Positions 27,316 to 41,229 of a stretch of DNA of 64,000 nucleotides are shown piece after piece. The notes beneath the pieces were generated by a model. It saw only the letters and a list, made by a program, of their open reading frames with translations. It ran no database searches and had not been told where the DNA came from. Numbering within the stretch: the stretch's first letter is position 1; the number at the start of each line of letters is the position of its first letter. Source of the stretch: Chrysomallon squamiferum (lineage: Eukaryota; Animalia; Mollusca). The DNA is taken from NCBI GenBank assembly GCA_012295275.1, contig CM022672.1, positions 35,030,001-35,094,000 of the forward strand, read 5' to 3'. A program made the translations under genes and the position numbers.

Positions 27316-28394
27316 ACTGGACAAATTACCAGAGGTCATTTGTTTTATTACTGTTCTCTGATTGGTTTAAGTACTTAACATTTTAATTTTTTTATTATTT
27401 TTTTTTTAAATGTTTTAATTTAATATACCTCCATTATTAATTACTTACCACAAGTTCTGGTATTCTGTATTATTTTGTGTTTTATAAATATACTTTCATT
27501 TGGAAAATCTTTGCCTAAATCATCATATTTGTTCTCATTTATAGTTATTACTGTATTCACAATTCTTAAATAGTAAATTCTTACTTAGAAAATTTAAAAA
27601 GTAAATTTAACAAATATAATCATAATTATAAAAAATTCTAATAGCTCAGTCTGAATAGACTTTAAACAGGGTTTTCAGACCAGTTCATTCACTGAATTTT
27701 CTAGAAGAAAATTATAAAATTAGTAAAGATGACTTTCTAATACTAATATAAATATTGTTTTTAATATGTATTTTGTTTAAGTTTCAATATAATTAAAATA
27801 ATTTTTTTAAATATATCCTCTCTTTTCTATTAAATATCAAATTTTACTATTACTTTGGGTATATTTGTTTATGAAAATCCATCTAATCATATCTATAAAC
27901 ATTATTAAACATTTAGAATCATTTCTCAAATGGAATTTTAGAAACATTTTTGAAACTATTTTTAATTAAGGATTCTATTGAAATTTTCCAAATACTATCT
28001 TTATTATGTAAAGTCTTTTTGATATATGTTTTTGATGTGTTTTCTTGTTCCAATAAATATTTCAATTTATTACAAGTTATGTTTTTAATTATATGTATTT
28101 AGCTAGAGTTATCAGACTTGAAAATATCATTGTAAGATGAGACATATTTTTGTTAGTGAAAAACATTATTTTTCTCAATCATAATTTGTCACCTGGGTGT
28201 CATCTGGTTTGTTTACTAAGGTCCATACATTATGTTCTGTTTTCCAATTATGTCTTCATATATTTTAATATTACATTCTTATGCTGTTTACTGGCCTTTT
28301 GAAGTCTTTTTTTTTGTGTGCATTATATTCCTGTTTTTGCAATGTTCTCTGTTTTCTGTGTAATTTCTTCTCAGAGTCCACACAGAGTACCAAA

Positions 28395-28570
28395 TCTCAT
28401 CTTCTCATCTGATTTCATATCATCTCATTTCATCATCTTATCTCACCTCATTGTCTCATCTCATCTCACAGTCATGTCATCTCATGATTTCATCATCTCA
28501 TATCTCATTCATCTCATATGATCATCTCATCTCCTCTCATCTCATCATCTCATATCTCATCATCTCATGA
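28395..28570 (+). repeat. Degenerate (TCTCA)n pentanucleotide repeat
   Basis: Direct reading. Confidence 0.85.
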
Positions 28571-29559
28571 ATTTCCAAAACTTTCCAAGACTTTCCGAAC
28601 TATGAGCAACTAAACATATTAAATTTTGGTGGACCAAAAACAAGAGATGATATTCATGATGGTCTTTAGGGGTTGTTTTTGAACAAATTATATGAAACTT
28701 ACCTATGCAAAAGTACTATCAAATTAGTTTTATAAATTGATCTTTAGTTAACATGCAGACATAACAGATATAGACATAATAAAAAAAAAAAGAAAAAAAG
28801 CGATAGTCAATCAACAAATGGCTTTCTCATATTTTTGTTTGTTAATAATTCTCTCTCTCATACTCAGAAAATAAGGCAATGCTAATACACAAAACATATT
28901 TAATTTTGATTACATTTTGTAAACACATAAACATTTTAATTATTTGTATTATAGTTTTTACTATGATGATTATCATTATTATATTTTTTATTATTATTAT
29001 TATTATTACAAACTAATATTATGTTACCAAAGAACCTTTTTATAGTAATATTTAATTTCATTTTTGGTTATACATGTTTAAATAAAAACAGCGAACAGAA
29101 ATACGTATTGTTATATTGCACACAAGTGTATCTTATTAAACAACCATATTGGAACAAAAAATTAAAAAGAAATATTGTAAATACACTTATTTTGTTTAAT
29201 AATTTTACAGCAATATTTATTAAAGAACCACATGTAACAAAAAAATTTAAATAAAATAATTTAAATATGTTTATTTTGTTATATAATTTTAACAGTAAAA
29301 GCAGTATTTTCTATTTTACATTAAACTCTACACAGTTTTTGTCTTGCTAAATACCTATGTAGCAAAAATAACATATTGAGCTAATGCACACGAAACACAT
29401 ATATCAGGGTACCACCTTTTAAAAAAAAACATTTTATAACAGACTAGAACACCATTAAAATCATTGTATATATTTTTATTATGTTTTTCGAAATATTTGT
29501 TTTCCCAAAGAAAGAGGTGAAGTTACAAGGATGAAGACAAGAATACTATGTCTACCAAT

Positions 29560-30500
29560 CTGGTGTAACTCTCATCATATTAAAACTGATAATAAATGTG
29601 TTTATTAAAAGATATGAGCAAATAATGAAATAGTATTTTTAAAAGATCTGTTTACAAATGACAGATGGCTTACACACAGGATTTAGTAAAAAAAAAAAAA
29701 AAAAAACAACAAAAAAAACAACAAAATATACAACTTTACATCACCATTTTCAGCTTACAATGGCTTGATGTTGACAGTTAAAAAATATTAAAAAGTTTCT
29801 TTACATACAGATCAAGACCAGGAATTCAGAAGTGTCTACAATGACTGTTTAAAACAGATGTTTGTAAAATAGAAACTACTTCAAAACATAAAATAAATGA
29901 TAAAAATAAAATGGCATTTTTTTTATACAGAATTCTATGAGAAGTGGTGGAAGAATAACTATCTTCTTCCATTCAAGCTAATTGCAGTCACAGAGCTCAG
30001 ATATTTTCAGAACAATATCTTGTAATATATCTTGACAAGAAATAATCATTTCGTATTATATGGTATAAAAGACTCAGATAAATGTGAATTCTATCATATG
30101 TTTAGTGAGGATTTAATGCACATTTGTTTGGTTATGTAAACGTGTTCAGACATTCTGGAACACTGTTACAAACTGGATGTCTTCGAGAACAAAGTGAGGC
30201 TTTAAATGGATGCACAGACAATACTTTTGGGCAAACAAATTATTCTGAAAAAGATAATATAATCAATTTCACATTGTTTATATGCAATTCATATATAAAT
30301 CAAGATGCAAACACAATAACTAACTTTAACTGGGTTCCACAATATCCAAAAATGCATTATTATACAGATAAGTATATATATGTAAGATAAATAATGTAAC
30401 AGTTAAAACTGAAGAAAAATGGAATATTTGGATAAAATTGTTTGTATGAAATGTAAATATGTCACAATTATTTAGGGATAGAAAAATGGAAAAATATGCA
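29560..30500 (+). mobile_element. Decayed L1/Tx1-like LINE, 3' ORF2 (zinc-binding) fragment
   Basis: LYGIKDSDKCEF...EDLMH...V.TFW... resembles the C-terminal zf-RVT region. A homologous copy lies at ~50630-50810. Confidence 0.6.
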
Positions 30501-30626
30501 AATAATTTATTTCTTTTTCTCTTTTATTGTTTCCATTTTATACTATAACATACATTTTGTATTTATACGATAAATATTTAAAAATCTATAGAACATATTT
30601 CTTTCTTTTTTTCTTTTTATTTTTTA

Positions 30627-30675
<49 letters not shown>

Positions 30676-30774
30676 TTTTACGTTTTTGTATGATTTGGAT
30701 ACTTCTGTATTTTAGCATGTATTAGTTAAACTGCTTTTCATACTTTATATTCTGTGGTAAATAATAAAATAAAA

Positions 30775-30805
<31 letters not shown>

Positions 30806-31379
30806 ACTAAAATAAATAAATATATATATATATATATATTTGTTTTTAATAAACTTGGCATTTCGATGACTTAAAATAACTACTCTTAATAAAATACTGT
30901 TATACAAGTTAATAAAACATCTAGACACACCAATGTGTTGAAAAATTAAACAGACGTGACTACATCAAGAACATTTTTGAAGAGGTTTTATAATGTCATT
31001 ATTTTATTTTATAATATTTTTCTTTATTTATTTATCTGTTTATTGTTCTGTAGATATTAAGAAAAAATCACAAGAGTGACATTCAGTTTGGAAGAATCAA
31101 ATCTGTGTCCACACGTGCAAGAAACGAATATCTGCGGCAATGAAAACGAAAAAGTCAGTTTACTATCCATTCTGTGAAAAACCCTGAACAAGGACGTAAT
31201 TCAACAGAAAAAATTAATTCTCTATCACATTGGAAAACCGTTTCAGGTCTTACGTTCAGTGAGTTGAAGTTATATAAATACACACCTTTTTTCTCACAAC
31301 ATACTTTTAAAAAAAAAAAATTTCGACGCAAATATAAAATCATTACAGCATTTCTGAAAGTACGCCTGAATTAGACATT

Positions 31380-31970
31380 TTTCAAGAAGGTTCCAACGTT
31401 TCCCTTGAACGCCGTGACATTCTTTTTAATCTCCGTGTCTTGTTTTTCTCTCTGATGCTGTATGGAAGAAAACAGAACTGAAATCGATTCTTAAGAAATG
31501 AAAATAAAACCAACCACCGATTACAATCCGTAAGAAATCAGAGAATTCGCTTCCAAGTTGGAAAGCCATCACCGACTTGATTGAAAACTGAAACACAAAG
31601 TCTGCAATATCTTCTCGGAGAGTTAATTAACATAATAAAAATAGTCGTCTTATTTTGCTCGTATATCCATTATCTCGTTTCTGTCCTTGAATTGCAGATG
31701 TGTCATTTCAAGCTGGTGGTAACACTTCCCAAAAAGGTCATTCGGGCCACGTCAATCCTTTCAAAACCTCTTCGTCTGCTTTTTGTCACTGTAGCTCTGG
31801 TCCAGCAGACGTAGCTTGCAACGTCCAGCCAATCAGAATCGTCTATGAATAAAACGTCATCCCATATGACGTTGCTCAAGTTCGTGTGCACATTAAGACA
31901 AGACTGGAGATTATGTGTAGGGAAGGTGCCCGAAATTGCATGTTAAAACTGTGTTATCTTTGTCAACAAA
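31380..31970 (-). mobile_element. Decayed element, possibly a PIF/Harbinger MADF-gene remnant (minus-strand copy)
   Basis: MADF-like THLQFKDRNE. Shares a ~150-bp leader with the element at 33200 in inverted orientation. Confidence 0.4.
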
Positions 31971-32449
31971 AGGAATAATGAACGAAAGAAACAAAAATAA
32001 ATTTATTTTAGATATTCTTGTTATTTTATTAATTCGTAGAAATTAACATCGTTATATGCCTTTTGCATTAATTTATTTTTTAAAATAAAACGAAAAAACA
32101 GCAAAAAATGTTTCAAGGTTTTTTTTTGTTGTTTTTTTTGCTCACGTTTCATGTACATTATGTACTTATATAAGTGTTTCATGTGCATTAGTTAAATATT
32201 TTTAAAAAATACACTGCTTACTACTTTGAACTGACTACTATAACTCTGATCATTACAATAACGTAATACACTAATATTACTACTGTTGTATATTTGTTTA
32301 CAAGTTAACCTTCTGTTATAAAACATTATAGATATTATTAAACATTGCTATGTTTAAGATAGACTGCGAAGGTAATAATGACACGACTGAGCGCGCCTTT
32401 GCCGAGCTGCGGGCTGTTGAATATAAGCAGGTTAAGCTTGGTATTATTA

Positions 32450-32977
32450 CAGTGGAATCTCGTGTTACGAACGCCTCGAAGCACGAACAAATCGGGTTAC
32501 GAAACGTGATCTTGAGCAATTTTTTTCTCGATTTACGAATAATGTCCCGAGTTACGAACTGCAGAGAAACGCCACTACACGTTTTCTTTTGAAGTCTGTT
32601 TTGACGTCAACATGTAGTAAAGATAAGAATAGATGTTTACGTCAGAACCGAGCTCAAATTAAGGATTATAGGTTTGTACTCTAGCAAATATATATCACGA
32701 AGTAGGGCCTTTAGTCTTCAATACGCAGTTGCAGCTCATATATATATATATATATATTTTTTTATCATACTCTATCCAATATGGCGCCCAAGAAAACACA
32801 AAGTGAAATCGAAAGTACTGGTGGAGAGTAAAACGTACGACAGTAAAGGTCAAGTAAGAAATAATTGCAAAACAGGAGAGTAGCGTTTCTGTGTCTGACA
32901 TCGCTTTGGTTTACGTACAATTCAGTTTACGAACCGAGTTCTGGAAAGAATTAAGTTCGTAACCCGAGGTTCCACTG
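32450..32977 (+). mobile_element. Internally deleted pogo/Tigger-like DNA transposon
   Basis: 23-bp TIRs cagtggaatctcgtgttacgaac / gttcgtaacccgaggttccactg with TA on both flanks. An internal transposase N-terminal remnant reads MAPKKTQSE...KEIIAKQESSVSVSDIA (HTH_psq-like). Confidence 0.88.
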
Positions 32978-33069
32978 TATTTTTATGTTTGTTTATATAT
33001 ATACATACATATATTATAAATTGTACAAATATAAATAATACAGAAATGTATTACTCTTTGTAGTGATTT

Positions 33070-33190
<121 letters not shown>

Positions 33191-33199
33191 CATCTGTCT

Positions 33200-33651
33200 T
33201 CCATTTTGTTTCCAAAACTAAACGAGGTTATTTCGGGCACCTTCCTTACTTCAGAATATTTTGTCTTGATGTGCACTCGAACTTCCGCTACGTCACACTG
33301 CATGACACGTCATCCAGAGGGCGATTCTTATTGGCTGGACTTTGTAAGCTGCTTATGTCAAGGTCACAAGTACAGCAGCAAGGAGGAAACAAAAAAATAC
33401 GAGGCACCTGAGAAATCTACAATTTAGACATAGTTCCAGAAATGAAAAGGTGCTGAATGAAAAGTATCCAGCAGAAGAGGTTTGATTTACTTTTTGAATT
33501 GTGGAAGAACAAAGACAATAAATGTGAAACTATTTCAAGATTATGGAGCAGTTCCTACAAGACCAGAGAGAGCGCAAAAGGAAATATTTGATAGCTTGGT
33601 GACATATTTGGATCGCAGGTCAAAACTTGATAATATTTTTTAGTTTTCATG

Positions 33652-33705
<54 letters not shown>

Positions 33706-33812
33706 GACAACAACAATGATAATGTGATTATATTAGATCAGTTATGACTAGTACCCATTTTTATTTAAAGGATTTTACAGATATTCTTATTTTATTAATT
33801 TTTGCATGTCTC

Positions 33813-33852
<40 letters not shown>

Positions 33853-34090
33853 TTATTAGTATTATTCCAGGCGCTCATGGAAAAAATGCCAATTTATTTG
33901 CTGGTAAAGAGTTCAGATATGGCGGAAATGAAGGTCTGTGTCCAACGAAAGAAAAAAGAAAAAATTGGAAAATTCTCACAGACTCTTGAACACCGTCACG
34001 AACTGAAGTATAAGCTGAAACTACAGAAATACTTTGAAGAACTTTCAAATAGTTCAAGACTGGATGTGAGAGTAAAATCAGAAATGTTAT
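33200..34090 (+). mobile_element. Decayed element, possibly a PIF/Harbinger MADF-gene remnant (plus-strand copy, intron-containing)
   Basis: LLFELWKNKDNKCETISRLWSSSYKTRE is MADF-like. Donor near 33619, acceptor near 33870; frameshifted. Confidence 0.4.
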
Positions 34091-34663
34091 GATCACATTG
34101 GTGATATCAGTTGTACCACAAGCCGAAACGAGATTTCAAATAGACAGTTGCAGTGATATATTTTTATTTCTTGTTGTTGTTCTTTTTTTTTTCATAAAAA
34201 ATTTCTGTGTTCACTTGTGGTCTTATTATCTTCAGTATTTTTTACGACGTCAACAGCGGAAATGTGACCATAAAATGTGTACAATAATAATGAAAACTGC
34301 AACAATGCAACTGCGACATAATAATAATAATAATAATAATAAAAATAAAAATAATAATAATAATAATAATAATTATAATAATACAATAAGTATGCCCGAT
34401 TCCAAGTACATTAGTGCGGCAAATTCTATACAAAACCCTGCTTAATATTTAATATTTAATGTATTGGAATAAAATTGCCCGTCCCTGCAAAGTTAATTTT
34501 TTATGTGAAAGTAAAATCAATAGATTCTATGATTAGGGAATGAACTTCGTTTCATTTTGATCTCAACAACAAAAAAAATATTTATTTAGTTTCTAATATT
34601 GATGTTATTATTATTATTTATTTATTTATTTATTATCATTATTATTATTATTATTATTATTAT

Positions 34664-34706
<43 letters not shown>

Positions 34707-35180
34707 GTTATTATTATTATTATTTAATTGAGTAATAATGACAATGAAAAGATTTTAATTATTTCTTCACTACAGAATGTTTCGTCTGCCTTTCAGTCGG
34801 CCGCAGATCGTGAAATTAAAACATTTGACCAGCCTCGAACTGGATTACTTGTCTCGTGACGTATTTACTGGTGACACAGCTTAAATACTAACCCGCCTTA
34901 ATAAATAAATAAATAATAAACATTCATCCGTGAAATATAACTGATAAAGGAAAAAAGAAAACTGAATTAGGTTTTTCTGTAATAACGTAATATTAATTAA
35001 AAGTGACAAGATCAAGTCTAGCGTTAGACTTTTCATACAACGCTTAAAACGTTTATGGTTAATGTTAGGAAAAGCTTTTATTTCAAAACATCTAGTTGTT
35101 AAAAGTTATGATGAGTGTTAGAACAAAACTGTTAACGGTGTTATTGTGCGAGTTGGTTTTTTCCCTGTTGTCATTATTAC

Positions 35181-35232
<52 letters not shown>

Positions 35233-35578
35233 TCAATTGATATTGCTGTCGTTGGCGTCTTGTAGTGACTGCTGTCTCACTGTTATTTCTAACTGAGATT
35301 TCTAACCTGCAGTGTTTTCTCTTTCTAATGATATTACTAAGACGTGTCAGTGTGCTACGGGTATGAAGAGACTTTATTTTTATGCATGGTCTATTTAAAG
35401 AGGGAAGAAGAAAATATTTAGTTTTCTCTTTGATATATTAAACGTCAGTCAGAAACAGATAAAAATACAATCAAAATGGACCTACATTCGCCATAATATT
35501 ACAGATTATTCAAAACTCTGGTTAACTGATTTTAGTGTTTATTTAATTATAATCAATTAAATAATAAGAATTTATTAC

Positions 35579-36630
35579 AAGTGGACCATCAAGAAGTGAA
35601 ATGTGAGAAATTGAAACATTAAATGTCAAAAGCTTTCCAGAAAAACTAGCTGGGACTATAGTAAGTTGTAAAGAGCAGGTTGTTTGAATCTCTCCAGATG
35701 AACACGGTGATGCATTAGTGTGAACTTCACTTTCCTCTGTAGGCATAGTCTGTTGTAACCCATCAGAAAGCTACAAAACACACACAGTGTATGTCTACAT
35801 TAAAACAAATAATAACAGTTAAAACAAAAAATTAAAAATAGGGGAAAAAAAGAAGAAAAAAAAAGAAAGAAAAAAGAAAAGGAAAAATAACATCAAATGT
35901 TTTTTATTTTCATTTATTATTATTATTATTATTGAAAATGCATTGCTAATAATTTCGAAAATTGTGAATAAATTTTAATGTGACTGTTAGAAAATAATTC
36001 GCAAAATGTACTTTATATATTTCCAATGTTTTTGTTCTTTAAAGACTTTGCCATGAAATTTTAATTAATAAAAAAGTATAGCAAGAAGAAAGCTACTTTG
36101 GAAAATCTATCTGAGTCCTGTCTTTTTTCTTCTAGCATTGCCAGATAACATACACCTGCAGTCTTCTCTGTCTGTGATGATGTCAGGACAAAACGGAGAA
36201 AACATCAACATTCAAATGTTTTGTAACAGTATTATTTTTTCTGCTGTAACATATTACGTAAATGATAACAGAAACTTTGAGAGACAAACCTTGACTAGGC
36301 TGACCTTCTGTAGTATTCAGTCTGCCAGCAATCGTTTCAGCAGCTGAATCGGTACATGTCCAAATTCCCTCATCGTCTGTAGGATTAAAGCTGTGAACAG
36401 ATAGTGTGTACGTGTTACTGGTGGATGCAACAACTGAATATCCTGTGATCTCTATGTGGCAGTCGTTGATGTCAAATGAGTTACCACACTGGACAACAAC
36501 GAGTCCTTGAGGACGGATGAACTGTAGAGCACCTTCAACTGAGCCACTGATTACCTCACAGGTGATGTTGAAAGGAAGTGTTCTGAAAGCCCTGCCGGCT
36601 GTAACTCTCATTTGTGTTACAACTGCGATT

Positions 36631-36672
<42 letters not shown>

Positions 36673-37578
36673 AATAATAATAATAGTAAAAAAAAAAAAA
36701 TTAAAATTTAAAAAATTTAAATTAAAATTTAAAATTTCTTTTGTTGTAATTAAAATATTTTAAAACAAGAAATACTGCCGCTGTACGTACTGCTGTCTTT
36801 TTGTTAAGTTTAAGAAGGTTTCATTTGTCACCATTCTGCTCACATATAAAATAAATATTTAACAAACCCAATAGCCTTCGCAAAACTTTCGAAAGTTTGT
36901 AAAGTGGAGTGTATCTTAATAAATCAATTCAGAAATACAGTCTCATGTATTTATCACGTAAGTGATTTTATTCAGACTTAATTTTCATTATTATTTGATT
37001 AATTTATTGTTCTTACAGTTTCCATAGAAACTGACTGATTTACTTATTAAGAAAGCAAATCCTAGTTATAGAAGTAATGGTCATAAGGAATAACTACACC
37101 AAAACAAGCCCAAATTATTCAAAATTTAAATGGATTGATGACAAGATAATTCTGTAGCGATATGAAAAAGTTATACATAATCTGCAAAATAAACTGTCCG
37201 AATCAATAAAAATTTGTTATAATAGTAATTAATATTCAATAAAAATAATTGTTCTTCTTATTTTTAGGTTTTTCTTTCAGATTACCCGTTTCATTCTTTA
37301 TATTATTTTTGTTTTACATTTTTTTTTTTTTTTTTATAATGTAAGAAAAATCTGTAGAATAATACATAACATAATGAACGCATACTTGTCTTTTCTTTTT
37401 ATAACTTTCATGAAACTTTTTATTTCTGCCAAACGTCTGATAACTGAGTATATTTAATATAGATGATTCCAGTTCAACATGCTGTTGTCCAAATGACAGC
37501 AACAACTTTAATAATAATACAACTCACCTAAGGTTAAAAATATTGTTATTTTTTGTTTGTTTATTTATTTATTTATTA

Positions 37579-37638
<60 letters not shown>

Positions 37639-38509
37639 TAAATAATATTTTTATATTTGGTTAAACTTTTTAAAATAAAATTTGAATAGCAAAATCGGTT
37701 GTTGTGCGACATTTTTGGATGCAGGACACATAGTTAAATATTTTAACTTAATAAAACCATTTGAAAATAGTATTAAAATTATTAATACCGTGAAAATGTA
37801 TTGGTAATAATTTTCAAAATTGTGAGAAAAAAATGTTAATGTTACTGTTTGTTACAAAATCACTCATATGAAGAAACTGGCAAAATGTGCTTTGTGTAAT
37901 TCCCTTTTTTTTCTCTTTTTTTTAAGAGTTGGCAATGAAATTTTAATTAATAAAAAAGTATAGCAAGAAGAAAGGTACTTTTGAAAATCTATCTGAGTCC
38001 TGTCTTTTTTCTTCTAGCATTGCCAGATAACATACACCTGCAGTCTTCTCTGTGTGTGATGATGTCAGGACAAAACGGAGAAAACATCAACATTCAAAAG
38101 TTTTGTAACAATATTATTTTTTCTGCTGTAACATATTACGTAAATGATAACAGAAACTTTGAGAGACAAACCTTGACTAAGCTGACCTTCTCTAACATTC
38201 AGTCTGCCAGCAATCGTTTCAGCAGCTGAATCGGTACATGTCCAAATTCCCTCATCGTCTGTAGTATTAAAGCTGTGAACAGATAGTGTGTACGTGTTAC
38301 TGGTGGATGCAACAACTGAATATCCTGTGATCTCTGTGTGGCAGTCGTTGATGTCAAATGAGTTACCACACTGGACAACAGTGAGTAGTTGAGGACGGAT
38401 GAACTGTAGAGCACCTTCAACTGAGCCACTGATTACCTCACAGGTGATGTTGAAAGGAAGTGTTCTGAAAGCCCTGCCGGCTGTAACTCTCATTTGTGTT
38501 ACAACTGCG

Positions 38510-38545
<36 letters not shown>

Positions 38546-39573
38546 ATAATAATAATTCGCAAAATGTACTTTATATATTTCGAATGTTTTTGTTCTTTAA
38601 AGACTTTGCCATGAAATTTTAATTAATAAAAAAGTATAGCAAGAAGAAAGCTACTTTTGAAAATCTATCTGAGTCCTGTCTTTTTTCTTCTAGCATTGCC
38701 AGATAACATACACCTGCAGTCTTCTCTGTCTGTGATGATGTCAGGACAAAACGGAGAAAACATCAACATTCAAATGTTTTGTAACAGTATTATTTTTTCT
38801 GCTGTAACATATTACGTAAATGATAACAGAAACTTTGAGAGACAAAGCTTGCCTAAACTGACCTGATCTAACATTCAGTCTGCCAGCAATCGTTTCAGCA
38901 GCTGAATCGGTACATGTCCAAATTCCCTCATCGTCTGTAGGATTAAAGCTGTGAACAGATAGTGTGTACGTGTTACTGGTGGATGCAACAACTGAATATC
39001 CTGTGATCTCTATGTCGCAGTCGTTGATGTCAAATGAGTTACCACACTGGACAACAACGAGTCCTTGAGGACGGATGAACTGTAGAGCTCCTTCAACTGA
39101 GCCACTGATTACCTCACAGATGATGTTGAAAGGAAGTGTTCTGAAAGCCCTGCCGGCTGTAACTCTCATTTGTGTTACACCTATGATATAAGTAAGTAAC
39201 TAAATAATTAAATAAATTAATAAATAAATAAACAAACATTGAAATTTGTTTTATTGTTGTAATTAAAATCTTTTAAAACAAGTCGTTGTATGTAACTGTG
39301 TTTGTTTCATTTCTGCCAAACACTCGATAACTGAGATCCTTTTATTGCAGATGATTCCTGTTCAACATTTTATTGTCCAAATAACAGCAACAACATTAAT
39401 AATAATTGACCAGTTATTTTGAAAATAAAAAGAGTGATGAGTGAGTGAATTGTTTCAAACATAAAATGTATTATTTCTAATTTAAACACGCTACCTTCAG
39501 TTGATCCCAGTAAAACTGTAAGGATATCAACGAAGAAGATCCAATTTAATTGTAAAGCCATTGAATATTAAAT
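35579..39573 (-). CDS. Secreted or surface protein with signal peptide and three near-identical V-like Ig-domain exons; 3' end unresolved
   Basis: Signal exon 39495-39573 (ATG at 39561, MALQLNWIFFVDILTVLLGSTE|G). Ig exons 38863-39180, 38187-38504 and 36305-36622 are each 318 nt, phase 1-1, with FNITC...QFIRP...VVQC...YTLSVHSFNPTDDEGIWTCTD. A further Ig-half-like exon lies at ~35579-35770. Confidence 0.8.
35930..39190. repeat. Recent segmental triplication carrying the Ig exon plus flanking intron
   Basis: Near-identical blocks at ~35990-36660, ~37930-38550 and ~38553-39180. Exon offsets are 1882 and 676 bp. Confidence 0.95.
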
Positions 39574-41229
39574 CTGAAACAAATAATAAAATAATAATAA
39601 ATATAAACATGTTCAATAGATATTTATAATTAATTATTAATGGAATGCTGTAGCAATTTAAAAATATAACTTTCTCTACTTACATTCCCCTTCTTTGTTA
39701 TAGGCAGATGATTCTATATCAGATAGCATATTTAATAGTATTGTTTCACGTTTTGCTGTTGTTCTTTATGAATAATGGAAAAATATTAAATTCAACCTAC
39801 ATGGGGTCATGGAAAAGACAACATTTCTAAGTGTAGCAAATTTGGTTAAATTTTGCCCTGGAACGAATTTAATTTCCAAGTATTAGCAACAAAATATTTA
39901 TTAATAGGACCCTGAAAGGTAACATTTTTTGTAATTTTAATTTTTTTAAACTTGTTTTGTTATTATTGACACAAGATTACCTTGTATTACAAAAAAACAA
40001 ACAAAAAACACCCCCCAAAACAACAAGAACAACACGTATACAACAACAACAACAACAACAATAATAATAATAAATTGACAACATGTATTTCCCTTACCCA
40101 GTTTCATAACATATCAGAAAAACAAAACGTGATTTGCAACGTAGAAACTCATAAGAGGAACATTTTATTAAGTTTTAATGAGATTCCAAAAGTGCAACAA
40201 GAACCAAGAAAAGATCTTCCAAAACATTTTAAATGACAAAGTTTTATGAAAGATTCTCCTGACTCTGCATTGCTCTAGCATTGTGAGAAAATAATTCTTG
40301 ATCTCTGTACTAGACAACTGAAATGTCATCTGCTGCATTTTATCCACAGTCATAACACAGACTTTGTGCTACACGTTTACACACTTCCAGTACGTTTTCT
40401 CTGCATTGTTTTGGTTTACGCAGAACTGTGCTTATGTGGTACAAATTCTTTCATCAGTAAGTCTATTTTAAGTTCTCATTTTAAATAGTAAATACGTTTA
40501 ATGCAAAATCTTATACAGATTAAGCAGCAAAGAAGAATAAACATAGTCTAATATGAGTTAACTGATTAAAAATATATTAAATTATATTAAATTAAATTAA
40601 GAAAGAATCCACAGGCACCATCTCAGTTTTACTATTCACAATTACCAAACCACACTGTTGTTGAAGAAACATGTGAACCAGTGTGAATTTAATGTCTTCA
40701 AGAATTTGTATAGTGTTATATACCAATATGACATCAAATGAAATTTAATTTTCTACTATGAAACCAGTCTACATTTCATGTCCTGAACAATGTGACATAT
40801 GAGATCATACATAAGTCGTATAGAATGTTCTCCTGCTATGAAGTAAAACCTTCACTCATAGAAAAAGTACTGATTTTGCGATTTCCTCCTTTTTTAAATT
40901 TTCCACCTTAAAATGTACTTAATTCTTTAGTATTAGCCGATAGCATGCACCATTTCTTACTTTGTTTAATGATTTTGTCATTATCTGTTGTGGTCAGTTA
41001 CACAGAGACTCAATGTTGCTTATGACTGAAACGAAATAAGATATTTGAAAGTTATGATTTACATTTTGCTATCTTTTTTTTCTCTTCATTTAGCTGAATA
41101 AGAAAGTAGTAATAATTTTATCAGATTTTTTCAGTATCGATACATGTAGCGTGCAGTGTCATGGTACTGCTCTGTCTGTTGAGTGACTTCAGTTTGATTC
41201 TTTCTTTGATGCTTTCTTTGCCGGGAGCA

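Noticed and set aside
36138-38866. Repeated plus-strand ORFs (LPDNIHLQSSL...)
   Set aside because: They are antisense or intronic by-products of the triplication, with no independent coding signal.
40600-41200. Possible LINE reverse-transcriptase remnant on the minus strand
   Set aside because: The motifs are too degraded to support a call by eye.
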